DNA of 64,000 bases from an uncultured Desulfospira sp. (lineage in GTDB: Bacteria; Desulfobacterota; Desulfobacteria; Desulfobacterales; Desulfobacteraceae). Below the pieces are notes generated by a model. That model had not been told where the DNA came from. It worked only from the letters and a program-made list of their open reading frames with translations, and ran no database searches. The position numbers and the translations under genes were made by a program. Shown here in pieces: positions 32,560 through 42,527 of the stretch (positions are counted from its first letter, which is position 1; every line of letters begins with the position of its first letter). The stretch spans positions 1,216,001-1,280,000 of the forward strand of contig OY760175.1 in NCBI GenBank assembly GCA_963663165.1, given 5' to 3'.

Positions 32560-33306
32560 TTAATGCTTGGAATCCGGAATTTTTTTTAACAACTCATGAG
32601 ACTCCATAAATCCTTGGATATTAGCCGGCTTTAGTTTGCTCTTTTTGATCTCCGGCAAGCCCAAAATGTCTTCTGCGGATATGCCATGATGCCTGATAAT
32701 AGCAACCAGAATCATGACTGCTTCCTGGTCAGAAATGGAAATAGCCGCTTGACGGAGGACAAGGGAACTCCTTTGTTTTACTTGATTTTTAAATATTGAA
32801 ATGTTGTCAGAGAAGTAGACATAGACACCAGCGTGCTTTTCTCGACAGATACCCGGACAACTACGGAAATGATGCACAAAGGATTGTGGTGATAACCCAA
32901 GAAGTTCACCAAGTTGTCTGCCGGTAAGCCCTTCAGATGAGGAGTTCACTAAATGGATAATGGTTTTTTTTAGATTACCATACTTAGAGAACGCGGCATT
33001 TTTAAATTGCCATATACCATAAACGTCAAATTGAGGGATTTCAGGCAAAGTATAATACTTCCCGTTTTGATTGTAACTTGTGTAGGTCTTCCACTGTTTA
33101 AGTTTTGTTTGGGCAGTTCTGGAGGAACAATCCAGAATTGAAACAAGCTTTTTGAGGGTAAAAATTTTTTGTTTTTTAAGCGTTGATCTGGCCGATTCAA
33201 TTTTTTGAACGTCGATAATAGGCATGACAACCTCTCTTCGTAGTATATGATATTTGTGCCAAATAATATCATATACTACGAAGCAATAACAGGAAAAATA
33301 ATCCAT
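32560..33306 (-). CDS. IS accessory protein, putative DNA-binding (HTH-like)
   Basis: Basic 248-aa ORF inside the IRs and upstream of the transposase. The likely start is MPIIDV, further downstream. Confidence 0.65.
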   Translation of the reverse strand: MDYFSCYCFVVYDIIWHKYHILRREVVMPIIDVQKIESARSTLKKQKIFTLKKLVSILDCSSRTAQTKLKQWKTYTSYNQNGKYYTLPEIPQFDVYGIWQFKNAAFSKYGNLKKTIIHLVNSSSEGLTGRQLGELLGLSPQSFVHHFRSCPGICREKHAGVYVYFSDNISIFKNQVKQRSSLVLRQAAISISDQEAVMILVAIIRHHGISAEDILGLPEIKKSKLKPANIQGFMESHELLKKIPDSKH

Positions 33307-33705
33307 TTCGCCCAGAATCTTAGAGTTTTTCGATTCAACGACTAAAACATATACTTTGCAAATTGAAACAAGTTGTATTAATTGAATTAAAAATCAGTTG
33401 GTTGAAAAAATCCAACTGTCATTTGCGGTTATAGTTTATACTTAAACAAAAACCAATGGGACTATCTATTGAAGGAATTGGTTTTTTGCCTAAAGGCGCT
33501 TTTTTAGCTGCGCTAATAGGAACATTGTTTTGTTTACTGTTATCAATTCCTTGCGCGTTAATTCAAATTATTTCGATAGTAAAAATCCAAACACCTATGT
33601 GGATCCGATTTATTGTATGTCTTACAAGTCTTTTATTAGGGCTTTTGCTAGGAGTTGGCATATCAATAAATCACTTTAAAAACTATTATTTTGTATTACC
33701 TTTAC

Positions 33706-35086
33706 GGGCCTCAGAAAAATTAATATCCACAATTCCATAGTCTGAATTCTGATTTCTATAGACAACATGGAATCGATAGTTTATGGTCAACATGGAAGAT
33801 TACATAAAAAATACAGGAGGACCATGTTTGATCATTCTAAGCACAATTTACCCAAAACTATATCGGAATTAACGCCACCACTAAAGGATTTTCTGAATAC
33901 CACTCGAAGCAAATTAAAAGGCCATGAACGGCGCCAATTCATGGCACGCGTTGTCTCCCTTATGGGGCACGGCGGACAACTAAAGGCTGAAAGAGAACTG
34001 GGTTGGGATCGGAAAACAATAATCAAAGGGCGACGGGAAATAGAAAGCGGAGTTACCTGTGTTGATAATTTTTCCGGACGAGGCCGGAAATCGTGTTTAG
34101 AACATTTTCCGAATTTAAAAGAGGACATAACTCGTATTGTAAACCCTATATGTCAGACTGATCCTACATTCCGTACCCAGAATTTATATTCCCCAATATC
34201 TGCGAATGAAGTATTCCGTCGATTAGTTGACGACATGGGATATGACCCTGAGAATATGCCAACAGTACGGACTCTATCCACCATAATGAATAAATTGGGT
34301 TTTAAACTGAAGAAGGTCGCCAAAGCCAAGGTAAAAAAAAAATTCCTGAAACAGACATCATTTTTGAATATGTGCATAGGACAAACCAACTAGCCGATGA
34401 AACAGATGGCGTTTTACGTATCTCAATGGACGCAAAAGCCACTATTAAAATAGGGCCTTATTCCCGAGGCGGATATAGTCGTTGCAATCTTAAAGCGGCG
34501 GACCATGATTTTAAACCCGATTCCCTTTTGAAACTTTTCGGTATCAACATACCTGCTCTGGATGAAAATTATATGTACTTCACTGAAAGCAACATCACCT
34601 CTGATTTCATGATTGATGCGCTGGAATCACTCTGGCCTTCTTTGAACGCAAGATTCGCCCCACATACACTGGTGATCAATCTTGATAATGGGCCGGAAAA
34701 TAGTAGCCGAAGGAGCCAATTCATTAGTCGCCTCGTGGACTTTGCCAAATCAGCATTTGTAAATATTAGTTTGGTGTACTATCCCCCGTACCACAGTAAA
34801 TACAACCCAATAGAGCGAGTTTGGGGTGTTTTGGAAAATCATTGGAAAGGCGAATTGCTGAACAAAATTGAAAAGGTTCTCGGTCTATGTCGAACAATGA
34901 CATGGAAAGGAGAAAATCCTGTCGTCAAATTAATCAAAGGTGTTTACCCGACAGGGGTACGTTTGGTCAAGTCCGCCGTGAATAATATAGAAAACAAAAT
35001 TATTCGGATTCCAGGGATTGAAAAATGGGCTGTTGATATTCCATGCTATGAGGAATGAATTGTGGGTTTTAATTTTACCACATCCC
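33706..35086 (+). mobile_element. ISAzo13-family insertion sequence
   Basis: Imperfect 30-bp IRs gggcctcagaaaaattaatatccacaattc / gaattgtgggttttaattttaccacatccc, with a 3-bp TSD tac. Confidence 0.85.
33767..35058 (+). CDS. ISAzo13-family transposase, two ORFs joined by a -1 frameshift at the A-run near 34333-34342
   Basis: The -1 frame gives KKIPETDIIF. Other motifs are DPTF, ISMDAK, DNGPEN and YPPYHSKYNPIERVWG. Confidence 0.85.
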
Positions 35087-35313
35087 TACAAGGAATCTTT
35101 TCTGGATTTCTATTGGCGCTAACGGTTTTATTCATCTGGAAGGACAAATTATGATGACTAATTTAATCGCGGGTCGGGCTCACTCAAGTAGTTGGAATTA
35201 AGAGAGGTACGGATAATTGGATAATTGGGATAATTGGGGTCAGAGTAAAATTAAATTGTCGAATGATTCAATGCACCCCGATAATTGGGGTCGTAGTAAA
35301 ATTAAATCATGAT

Positions 35314-35691
35314 TTAAGCCCGAGCCCCCTTTAAAAAAGTATCGATAGTTTTTAAAAGAACCTTCTGCTGTGCCGGCGGAAGGTTCTCTATTTTTTTCAT
35401 CCGCTGCTGTATTTTTAAGTTTGGCTTGCTGACGGCGCCCTTATCCTCTTTAAGGCCCAAAAGACAGTCTGTGGTTTCGCCAAGGGCCATTGCCAGCCTG
35501 ATAATCATCTCGTAATGCGGGCGTATCTTATTGCGCTCGTAGTCAGAGATCAACACCTGTGATATGCCGATCTCATCGGCAAGCCTGATCTGGGTATACC
35601 CTTTTTCTTTTCTTAGCCGGGCAATCCTTTGGCCCAGGCTTTCACTTCCCAAATCCAGTGGCGGCAAATTGTATTTAGACATCCGTGGCAT
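35314..35691 (-). CDS. XRE-family HTH transcriptional regulator
   Basis: LGQRIARLRKEKGYTQIRLADEIGISQVLISDYERN; divergent from the primase operon. Confidence 0.9.
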   Translation of the reverse strand: MPRMSKYNLPPLDLGSESLGQRIARLRKEKGYTQIRLADEIGISQVLISDYERNKIRPHYEMIIRLAMALGETTDCLLGLKEDKGAVSKPNLKIQQRMKKIENLPPAQQKVLLKTIDTFLKGARA

Positions 35692-35995
35692 ACTGCTTTA
35701 TACCATATTTTTTTAAAATCAACCGATTCTCTACTTGACTTGTAAAGTATGATACCGTATTTGTTGATACAGTAAAAAATTTTATTTTAATATAATTTTT
35801 TACTTGACAGGTATTTTTTAAAAGGGGATTTCCGGCTGAAAAAAAAGCCATCAACTTTTATGACTTTGGCGGGTCGCAGTTGATGGCTTTTAAAGGGCGT
35901 CAAAAGAGAAAGCACTCTTTTGATCAGCTTTCTTTTTCTATCGTATCTCCCTTAAGAAATCAAGAATCTGTGAATCCGAAAAAGGAGGTGATCCA

Positions 35996-36334
35996 TTGAG
36001 CACCAACAGCTTAGAGACCACGGATATCTTCAGGGGAGCGTTTTACCTTTGCATGGGAGGTGATCTGGCCGAGATCCGGATGAACCACCGGCAGATTGCA
36101 TCCTTTATGTTTGCAGGTCCGGACCTGGCCAAACATGACAAGGCCTATGTCAACGGCCATGCCCTGGTCAACCCCGTGCAGTTCAGGCAGGCGCTGAACC
36201 ACCTGCGGGATATCCTATTTACGAGATTGAGACAAGGAAGATACGAGAATGATAGAACAAGTAAGGATCGACACCATCAAAACCAGTGTGGACCTTGTGG
36301 CCTATATCGGACAGGCCACCGGAGCCGCATTTAA
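35996..36334 (+). CDS. Small hypothetical protein upstream of primase
   Basis: A strong RBS (aaggaggtga) precedes the TTG start. The 3' end overlaps the primase gene. Confidence 0.55.
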   Translation: MSTNSLETTDIFRGAFYLCMGGDLAEIRMNHRQIASFMFAGPDLAKHDKAYVNGHALVNPVQFRQALNHLRDILFTRLRQGRYENDRTSKDRHHQNQCGPCGLYRTGHRSRI

Positions 36335-37010
36335 AAAGAACGGCAAGGGGTATGTATGCCGGTGCCCGTTCCCGGACCACGAAGACAAGACCCCGTCCTT
36401 TGTGGTTACTCCCCATGAGAACCTTTGGAACTGCTTTGGCTGCGGCAGGGGCGGTGATGTGTTTGAGTTTGACCGCCTGTATTTTAGCCTGGACTTCAAG
36501 GCATCGGTTCAAAAGCACGAATCCGTTGCCTCGTCCCCAAAGAAGGCAGTTAAAAAGAAAAAGGCCCCAGGCTCAGACAAGGCCCTGACCGTCAAAGAGC
36601 AAAAACTTCTGACCCGAGTGGTATCCTATTACCAGCACAGCTTTGGCGAAGATCCCAAGGGGATGGCCTATCTGAAAACCAGAGGGATCAGAGAAAATCA
36701 ATCGTTCTCGGATTTTGGTGCAGGCTTTGCCAACGGCACCCTGCTCAACATCCTTCCCGAAGATACCGACATTATCAACTCCTTAAAAAAGATCGGGATA
36801 TTGAACAGCCGGGGCAAAGAGGTGTTCATCAACTGCGTGGTGTTCCCGCTGTATGATGACAAGGGATCTGTGGTGAATCTCTATGGCCGGAACATTGACG
36901 ACGGCTGTAGGATCAAGCATTTGTATTTGCCAGGCAAACGCAACGGTCTTGTGAACCGCCAGGCGGCCAAACGGTCCCAGACTTTATACCATCAAAAACG
37001 CCCGGTATGA
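36249..37010 (+). pseudogene. DnaG-like primase (CHC2 zinc finger plus start of catalytic core), truncated before the Toprim domain
   Basis: CPFPDHEDKTPSF...WNCFGCG and VVFPL...NLYGR. Homology ends at about SQTL (36985), where recombinase-like coding sequence begins in another frame. Confidence 0.8.
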
Positions 37011-37032
37011 GCTAAGGGCGTTCATCACCTTT

Positions 37033-37857
37033 ATGGCCAAAGAAACGCCCCCGACCCTGGACAACCTGACACGGGAGATCTTGTATGAGTACCAGCAGGA
37101 GCTGGCCTTCAGAGTCTCTTCCAGGGGTAAGCTGTTGAGCCTTCGAACCCAGGGGCAGCGCCTTGGGGTGATCAAATCTTTTACCCGGTATTTAAAGGAA
37201 CATGATTATATGATCCTGGATCCGGGGGATGCCATCAGGTTGCCAAAGACACCCAAGCGTCTGCCAAAGGTGATCCTGAACACTATGGAACTTAAAAAGA
37301 TCATGCAGGCGGCGGACATCCGGACAACCCGGGGTTACAGAAACCGGGTGATCCTGGAGATCCTCTATGATACAGCCATCCGACGATCGGAACTTGCCGG
37401 CATTAAGATCAATAACCTTGATCTGCACTCAGGCTTTATCCATGTTCACGGCAAAGGTGATAAAGATCGTGTGGTGCCGGTGAGTGACCGGGTCAGCCGC
37501 CTGATTGAAAATTATATCGTGATGGTACGTTCGGGATACATTCAGGGGAAGGACACCGGCCACCTGGTCCTGAACCGGTGGGGAGAACAAATGGATCCCA
37601 ACGCCATATGGGCGGTGGTCAAACGATGTGCAGACCTGGCCGGGATCAGAAAGAACGTCTCCACCCACACGTTCCGGCACACCTGTGCCACCCACATGCT
37701 TAAAAACGGTGCCCCGGTCCGGCATATCCAGGAGATGCTGGGCCATGAATCGTTGGAATCCACGCAAGTTTACACCCGGGTGACCATCAACGACCTAAAG
37801 GAGATCCACGCCAAATACCATCCGGGAGAGAAAAAAGGGAATACCTCCACGCATTGA
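37033..37857 (+). CDS. XerC/XerD-like tyrosine recombinase, probably missing its first residues
   Basis: Catalytic set R (AIRRSE), K (HGKGDKDR), HTFRH, H (LGHES) and Y (TQVYT). The frame extends upstream as YTIKNARYELRAFITF with no start codon. Confidence 0.88.
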   Translation: MAKETPPTLDNLTREILYEYQQELAFRVSSRGKLLSLRTQGQRLGVIKSFTRYLKEHDYMILDPGDAIRLPKTPKRLPKVILNTMELKKIMQAADIRTTRGYRNRVILEILYDTAIRRSELAGIKINNLDLHSGFIHVHGKGDKDRVVPVSDRVSRLIENYIVMVRSGYIQGKDTGHLVLNRWGEQMDPNAIWAVVKRCADLAGIRKNVSTHTFRHTCATHMLKNGAPVRHIQEMLGHESLESTQVYTRVTINDLKEIHAKYHPGEKKGNTSTH

Positions 37858-37953
37858 CATTGCCAGACTTATGGGTAAATATGGGTAAATTTATGGATAT
37901 TTAATAAGGATGGCCAATGTTGAATCCTAGGATAAAAATCACACCCGAAATCT
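37553..37953 (+). repeat. 401-bp tandem duplication (xer 3' end plus fic 5' end); second copy at 37954-37996 + 42208-42564
   Basis: Direct sequence identity with about 3 differences. The second copy is split by the transposon. Confidence 0.88.
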
Positions 37954-38134
37954 ACACCGGCCACCTGGTCCTGAACCGGTAGGGAGAACAAATGGATGAG
38001 AATGGTCACAGAAAATCATGGAAAAATTGAAGATAATTTGCAAGATATGTCAGGTTTGAGGCAGAAGTTCCCTTGTTTATCTCGCAAATAATCGTGAAAC
38101 TCCTGCCTCCCCACCCAATAACAGGGCAGGAGAT

Positions 38135-38722
38135 ATGCTATCAGAAGTTCTAAAAAGCGAAAGTCTTTTTTGGAATCTATACAAAATAGATCTGGCAACA
38201 GCCGAACGTTATAGACAGATGAAGTGCCCCCACTGCCAGGGACCGTTGTATTATGCCAATTATCTGCGCAAACCCAGGGGGGAGCCTGAAGGGTTGTCTG
38301 AAGAATGTTTTTTACAATTCAGTTTATGCTGCGGAAGGGAAGGCTGCCGACGGCGTTTGATCCCGCCAACCTGCCGTTTCCTTGGTAAAAACATTTACTG
38401 GTATGCGGCCATTCTGACGATTGTGTCCGACTGGCAGAACCAATCTGTAGGTATCACGATGTCCAGGTTTGCTGAAACAATCGGTATCTCCCGCAACACC
38501 CTTAGACGCTGGGTCGGTTTGTTTAAAGAAATATTTCCAACAAGCGCTCAATGGAAGAAAATCCGGGGCCGAGTGCCTGCAAGCGTGAAAAATGACAGTC
38601 TTCCGGCAAGTTTGGTCAACTTCTATCTGCATCAACAGGCATCCATCAAAGAAACGTTGATCTCCTGTTTGTCATTCTTGTCTCAAGGCAATGAAATATC
38701 ACAAAAAATAAGGGCCGGGTAA
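38135..38722 (+). CDS. Zn-ribbon/HTH accessory protein of the transposon
   Basis: CPHC...CCGREGCRRR plus an HTH-like segment (IGISRNTLRRW). Confidence 0.72.
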   Translation: MLSEVLKSESLFWNLYKIDLATAERYRQMKCPHCQGPLYYANYLRKPRGEPEGLSEECFLQFSLCCGREGCRRRLIPPTCRFLGKNIYWYAAILTIVSDWQNQSVGITMSRFAETIGISRNTLRRWVGLFKEIFPTSAQWKKIRGRVPASVKNDSLPASLVNFYLHQQASIKETLISCLSFLSQGNEISQKIRAG

Positions 38723-38735
38723 TCTCACGCAGAAG

Positions 38736-40283
38736 ATGGGCGTGGCCTTGGGCGATCAACTGTTCTATCAAAGGGGCCGGGATTTTTATCAGCATTCCGC
38801 TGAAAATTTTAACTTAAAATTGAAAGGACCCCGGCCTATGAACAGTAAAAACCAAAGTCCGGTTGATAAATGGGCTTTGTTTCGCTTCTCAGTCGTTGGT
38901 GGTTTGCTGGCAAATCCGCCGGCCAAGGGTGAGCTGCGTAAGGAACTGGAAAAGCTTTCCAATCAGATTTACACCCATCCCATCACGAACGAATCGACGG
39001 TATTTCATTTTTCAACTATTGAAAGCTGGTATTACAAGGCAAAAAATGCCCAGGACCCCATCATTGCTTTAGGACGGAAAGTTCGTTCAGACTATGGCGG
39101 TTCAATTGTATTCACGCCTGAACTGATCCGGATGCTGGGCAGACAATACCGGACCTATCCGAACTGGAGCTACAAACTGCACGCAGATAATTTCGCAGCA
39201 GAACTTCAAGAAAAAGCCAATTCAGTATCGATACCATCCTATGCCAGTGTCCGGCGGCGGATGGTCGAAAGAGGGTGGACCAGGAAACCCTCAGCCAAGA
39301 AAAAACAGACAGCGGGCATGAAAACTGCCGCAACGCGGTTCGAAAGCCATGAGATCCGTGGATATGAAGCAGAATGTGTTCACAGCCTGTGGCATCTGGA
39401 TTTTCATGAAGGCAGTCTGCGGGTGGTGGATAACAACGGTAACTGGTATACGCCCAAAGCCTTATGTATTCTTGACGACCACTCCCGCCTGTGCTGCCAC
39501 ATCCAATGGTATTCAGGAGAAACCACCCAGGATTTGATTCATGGATTGACCCAGGCCTTTTTCAAAAGGGGGCTTCCCAGGGCACTGATGACGGACAACG
39601 GATCTGCCATGACCTCCCATGAGTTTTGCAACGGGCTTAAGAAAACAGGGATACTTCATGAAACGACATTGCCCTACAGCCCTTATCAAAACGGTAAGCA
39701 GGAAGCCTTTTGGGGCACCCTTGAAGGCAGATTGATGGCCATGCTGACCCGGGTGGACCCTCTGACACTGGAATATCTCAATCACCGCAGTCAGGCTTGG
39801 GTCGAGATGGAATATAACAAAACCAGGCATAGTGACATCGGCACATCTCCTGTTCAACGCATGCTTGAAGGCAAAGATGTTTCCCGGCCGGCACCGGATG
39901 AAGAACAATTACGTTTCGCCTTTACAGTTTGCGAAGTCAGAAATCAGCGCAAGTCTGACGGTACCGTGTCCATCAACGGGGTAAGATTTGAGATCCCTTC
40001 CCGGTTTCACCATATCCCTCGGTTACATGTCTGCTTTGCCAATTGGGATAAATCCATGGCCTGGCTCATGGACCAGAGAACCGGCAAACAGATTGCGCCG
40101 ATCTACCCCCAAGACAAAATCAAAAATGCTTCAGGAAAACGAAAGATCAAGTCGAGACCTGAACATACCATTCTACCGGATGAAACATTGAAAGAATCCG
40201 AGCCTGCATTATTAAGAAAACTGATGGCCGAGTATGCCCAAAGCGGCATGCCCCCAGCCTATCTGCCCAAAGGAGAATCATGA
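38736..40283 (+). CDS. DDE (rve) transposase with Mu-type C-terminal domain; likely start at 38838
   Basis: Motifs WHLDFH, ILDDHSR, LMTDNGS and PYQNGKQEAFW; C-terminal RKSDGTVSINGVRFEIP. Confidence 0.9.
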   Translation: MGVALGDQLFYQRGRDFYQHSAENFNLKLKGPRPMNSKNQSPVDKWALFRFSVVGGLLANPPAKGELRKELEKLSNQIYTHPITNESTVFHFSTIESWYYKAKNAQDPIIALGRKVRSDYGGSIVFTPELIRMLGRQYRTYPNWSYKLHADNFAAELQEKANSVSIPSYASVRRRMVERGWTRKPSAKKKQTAGMKTAATRFESHEIRGYEAECVHSLWHLDFHEGSLRVVDNNGNWYTPKALCILDDHSRLCCHIQWYSGETTQDLIHGLTQAFFKRGLPRALMTDNGSAMTSHEFCNGLKKTGILHETTLPYSPYQNGKQEAFWGTLEGRLMAMLTRVDPLTLEYLNHRSQAWVEMEYNKTRHSDIGTSPVQRMLEGKDVSRPAPDEEQLRFAFTVCEVRNQRKSDGTVSINGVRFEIPSRFHHIPRLHVCFANWDKSMAWLMDQRTGKQIAPIYPQDKIKNASGKRKIKSRPEHTILPDETLKESEPALLRKLMAEYAQSGMPPAYLPKGES

Positions 40284-41107
40284 ACAACAAACAGCTTCTG
40301 GCTTATTACGGCCTTAAATGGAATCCTTTTTTGTCCAATATCCCCGTGGAGGCTTTATGGCATCCGCCATTGATGAACAGTTTTATTTTTCGTCTTGAGA
40401 ATATGACCCTGAACGGGGGCTTTGCTTTGATCAGCGGGGACCCTGGCCTTGGCAAATCCAAGGCGTTGCAGATGATTGCCCAAAAGTTCGGTAAACTTGA
40501 CGAGGTAGTTGTCGGGGTAATGGAACGTCCCCAAAGCAGTGTCGGAGACTTTTACCGGGAAATGGGAGTTTTGTTTGGTGTCAATTTAAGCCCTGCCAAC
40601 CGGTATGGCGGGTTCAAGGATCTTCGGGAGCGCTGGAGGCATCATGTAAAAACCACCTTGTTCCGGCCCATCCTGCTCATAGATGAAGCCCAGGAGATGC
40701 TGACCGGATGCTTAAATGAACTGCGTTTGTTGAACAGCGCGGACTTTGACTCCCAAAACCTGTTGACCACCGTGATTTGCGGCGATGACCGGCTCCCGGA
40801 ACGGTTCAGATCAAGATCCCTGGTATCGCTGGGAAGCCGGATGCAGTTCCGGTTGACGCTGCTTCCCTATGTCCGGGATGACCTGCTGGATTACATGGAT
40901 CACAGCCTGAACCAGGCCGGCGCCCCGCACTTAATGACGAAAACTCTGATCAGGACCCTTGCAGACCATTGCGCCGGCAACCTGCGGGTTCTTAACAGTA
41001 TGGCCGCAGACCTGCTGGCTGCGGGGATTGAGAAAGAACTCAATCAATTGGACGAAAAACTTTTTATGGAAGTCTATTCCAGACAGCCGCCCAATAAAAA
41101 ATCATAG
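40280..41107 (+). CDS. AAA+ ATPase (ExeA/MuB/TniB-like transposition helper)
   Basis: Walker A GDPGLGKS and Walker B LLIDEAQ; 4-nt overlap with the transposase. Confidence 0.88.
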   Translation: MNNKQLLAYYGLKWNPFLSNIPVEALWHPPLMNSFIFRLENMTLNGGFALISGDPGLGKSKALQMIAQKFGKLDEVVVGVMERPQSSVGDFYREMGVLFGVNLSPANRYGGFKDLRERWRHHVKTTLFRPILLIDEAQEMLTGCLNELRLLNSADFDSQNLLTTVICGDDRLPERFRSRSLVSLGSRMQFRLTLLPYVRDDLLDYMDHSLNQAGAPHLMTKTLIRTLADHCAGNLRVLNSMAADLLAAGIEKELNQLDEKLFMEVYSRQPPNKKS

Positions 41108-41116
41108 GAGAACAAT

Positions 41117-41299
41117 ATGGGTATTTATGATGATCCGGACATGAAACTGGAAGAAATTACACAGGAATTGGAACATTTTATCCTGGATATGGTCCTTGCC
41201 GGACTTGAAAACTTGAATATGGAATATCGGGCCTTCAGGCAATTCCAGAAACAAAGGCTCACGGAAAAGAACCGTCATAAAGAACACGAGCCGTTTTAA
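41117..41299 (+). CDS. Small hypothetical protein (60 aa)
   Basis: RBS aggag; co-oriented within the transposon operon. Confidence 0.55.
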   Translation: MGIYDDPDMKLEEITQELEHFILDMVLAGLENLNMEYRAFRQFQKQRLTEKNRHKEHEPF

Positions 41300-41336
41300 A
41301 CGTACGCCCGGACTCTAAAGGTCCGGGCCTGCCTCA

Positions 41337-42125
41337 ATGGAAAAAATACTATGGAAAATCGGCAATTATTTTAAGCACCGCTTCAGCCTGGCAGTTCTTG
41401 ATGAAATTAAGGGCCGGTGGCCCGTTCTCCCCTCTTGTAAAAACATCCCTTATCTTAAAGCTGAAAATGCCGGAGGAAGGCACATCCTGATCAGACCTGA
41501 TCCTGTTATTGAGCCTTATTATTTTCTTGCCGACGATTTAAACATTGACCTGCTTATCCGGCATCATCAATCCATATCAAACCGCTTTAAACCAGGCAGG
41601 ATGGTTATGGAAACATCTCCCGGCAATTATCAAATTTGGATTCACAGTGACCGTCCGTTAAGCCTTCCCGAAAAAAAGTATTGGTTGGAAAACATGCACA
41701 GTGATCCCGGCGCCGACCCGAAAAACAGGTGGGGCAGATGCCCCGGGTTCAGGAACAGAAAAGCAAAACATAGAACGCCTTCAGGACAATACCCTTTGGC
41801 AAAGCTATTATGGGTGGACTGGAAATGCCAGGCTATTGTCCCTGAAATAGAATTATCCTCCCGACCTCAAGAAGTCTTTTCCCATCAACCCCGGGGGGGA
41901 GTGTGCCATAACGGTAATATTTCCCGCTCCCTCTATGATAAGGGTGACGAATCTGCCACTGATTTTGCATATGCTCTGGCCCTCTATAGAAGAGGTTTTT
42001 CACGAATGGAAATTTACAATCGCATTATCAATGAAAGGCAGGATTGGATTAATCATGCGGATGAACGAAAAAAAACACAGTATCTGATCAGGACATTACA
42101 AAAAGCTGAAAAAATTATCAGTTAA
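41337..42125 (+). CDS. RepB-type DNA primase (AEP superfamily, RSF1010 RepB'-like) with C-terminal helical domain
   Basis: Motifs FLADDL, ETSPGNYQIW and DPGAD...RWGRCPGFRNRK; C-terminal DESATDFAYAL...YLIRT. Confidence 0.78.
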   Translation: MEKILWKIGNYFKHRFSLAVLDEIKGRWPVLPSCKNIPYLKAENAGGRHILIRPDPVIEPYYFLADDLNIDLLIRHHQSISNRFKPGRMVMETSPGNYQIWIHSDRPLSLPEKKYWLENMHSDPGADPKNRWGRCPGFRNRKAKHRTPSGQYPLAKLLWVDWKCQAIVPEIELSSRPQEVFSHQPRGGVCHNGNISRSLYDKGDESATDFAYALALYRRGFSRMEIYNRIINERQDWINHADERKKTQYLIRTLQKAEKIIS

Positions 42126-42527
42126 AATCGGGCTCTCTTGGCCTCCGGGAAAGCCCTTATTTACCATGAAACGTTGTCCATGAATTATCGTGATTGCTCT
42201 CAATGGATCCCAACGCCATATGGGCGGTGGTCAAACGATGTGCAGACCTGGCCGGGATCAGAAAGAACGTCTCCACCCACACGTTCCGGCACACCTGTGC
42301 CACCCACATGCTTAAAAACGGTGCCCCGGTCCGGCATATCCAGGAGATGCTGGGCCATGAATCGTTGGAATCCACGCAAGTTTACACCCGGGTGACCATC
42401 AACGACCTAAAGGAGATCCACGCCAAATACCATCCGGGAGAGAAAAAAGGGAACACCTCCACGCATTGACATTGCCAGACTTATGGGTAAATATGGGTAA
42501 ATTTATGGATATTTAAAAGGATGGCCA

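Larger units (their letters stand above)
30729..33434 (-). mobile_element. Two-gene IS with Mutator-like (IS256-superfamily) transposase
   Basis: 23-bp IRs ctatgaccgcaaatgacggttgg / ccaactgtcatttgcggttatag. An 8-bp TSD tttatact lies at 30721-30728 and 33435-33442. Confidence 0.9.
30634..35154 (+). pseudogene. Putative immunity gene (140 aa membrane protein) interrupted by two IS elements
   Basis: 30634-30728 + 33443-33705 + 35090-35154 join into a 423-nt open frame, MLKLYVIHFF...FILKQKPMGLS...VLPLQGIFSGFLLALTVLFIWKDKL*. Confidence 0.8.
37997..42202 (+). mobile_element. 4.2-kb Mu/Tn552-like transposon (Zn-ribbon ORF, DDE transposase, AAA ATPase, small ORF, RepB-type primase)
   Basis: Ends tgagaatggtcacagaaaatcatggaaaa / ttgtccatgaattatcgtgattgctctca (TG...CA, imperfect IR). 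A 5-bp TSD atgga lies at 37992-37996 and 42203-42207. Confidence 0.88.

Noticed and set aside
37033..37857. Integron integrase driving the cassette array
   Set aside because: The recombinase lacks the IntI-specific insertion in the catalytic domain, and I see no RYYYAAC...GTTRRRY attC palindromes after the cassettes.
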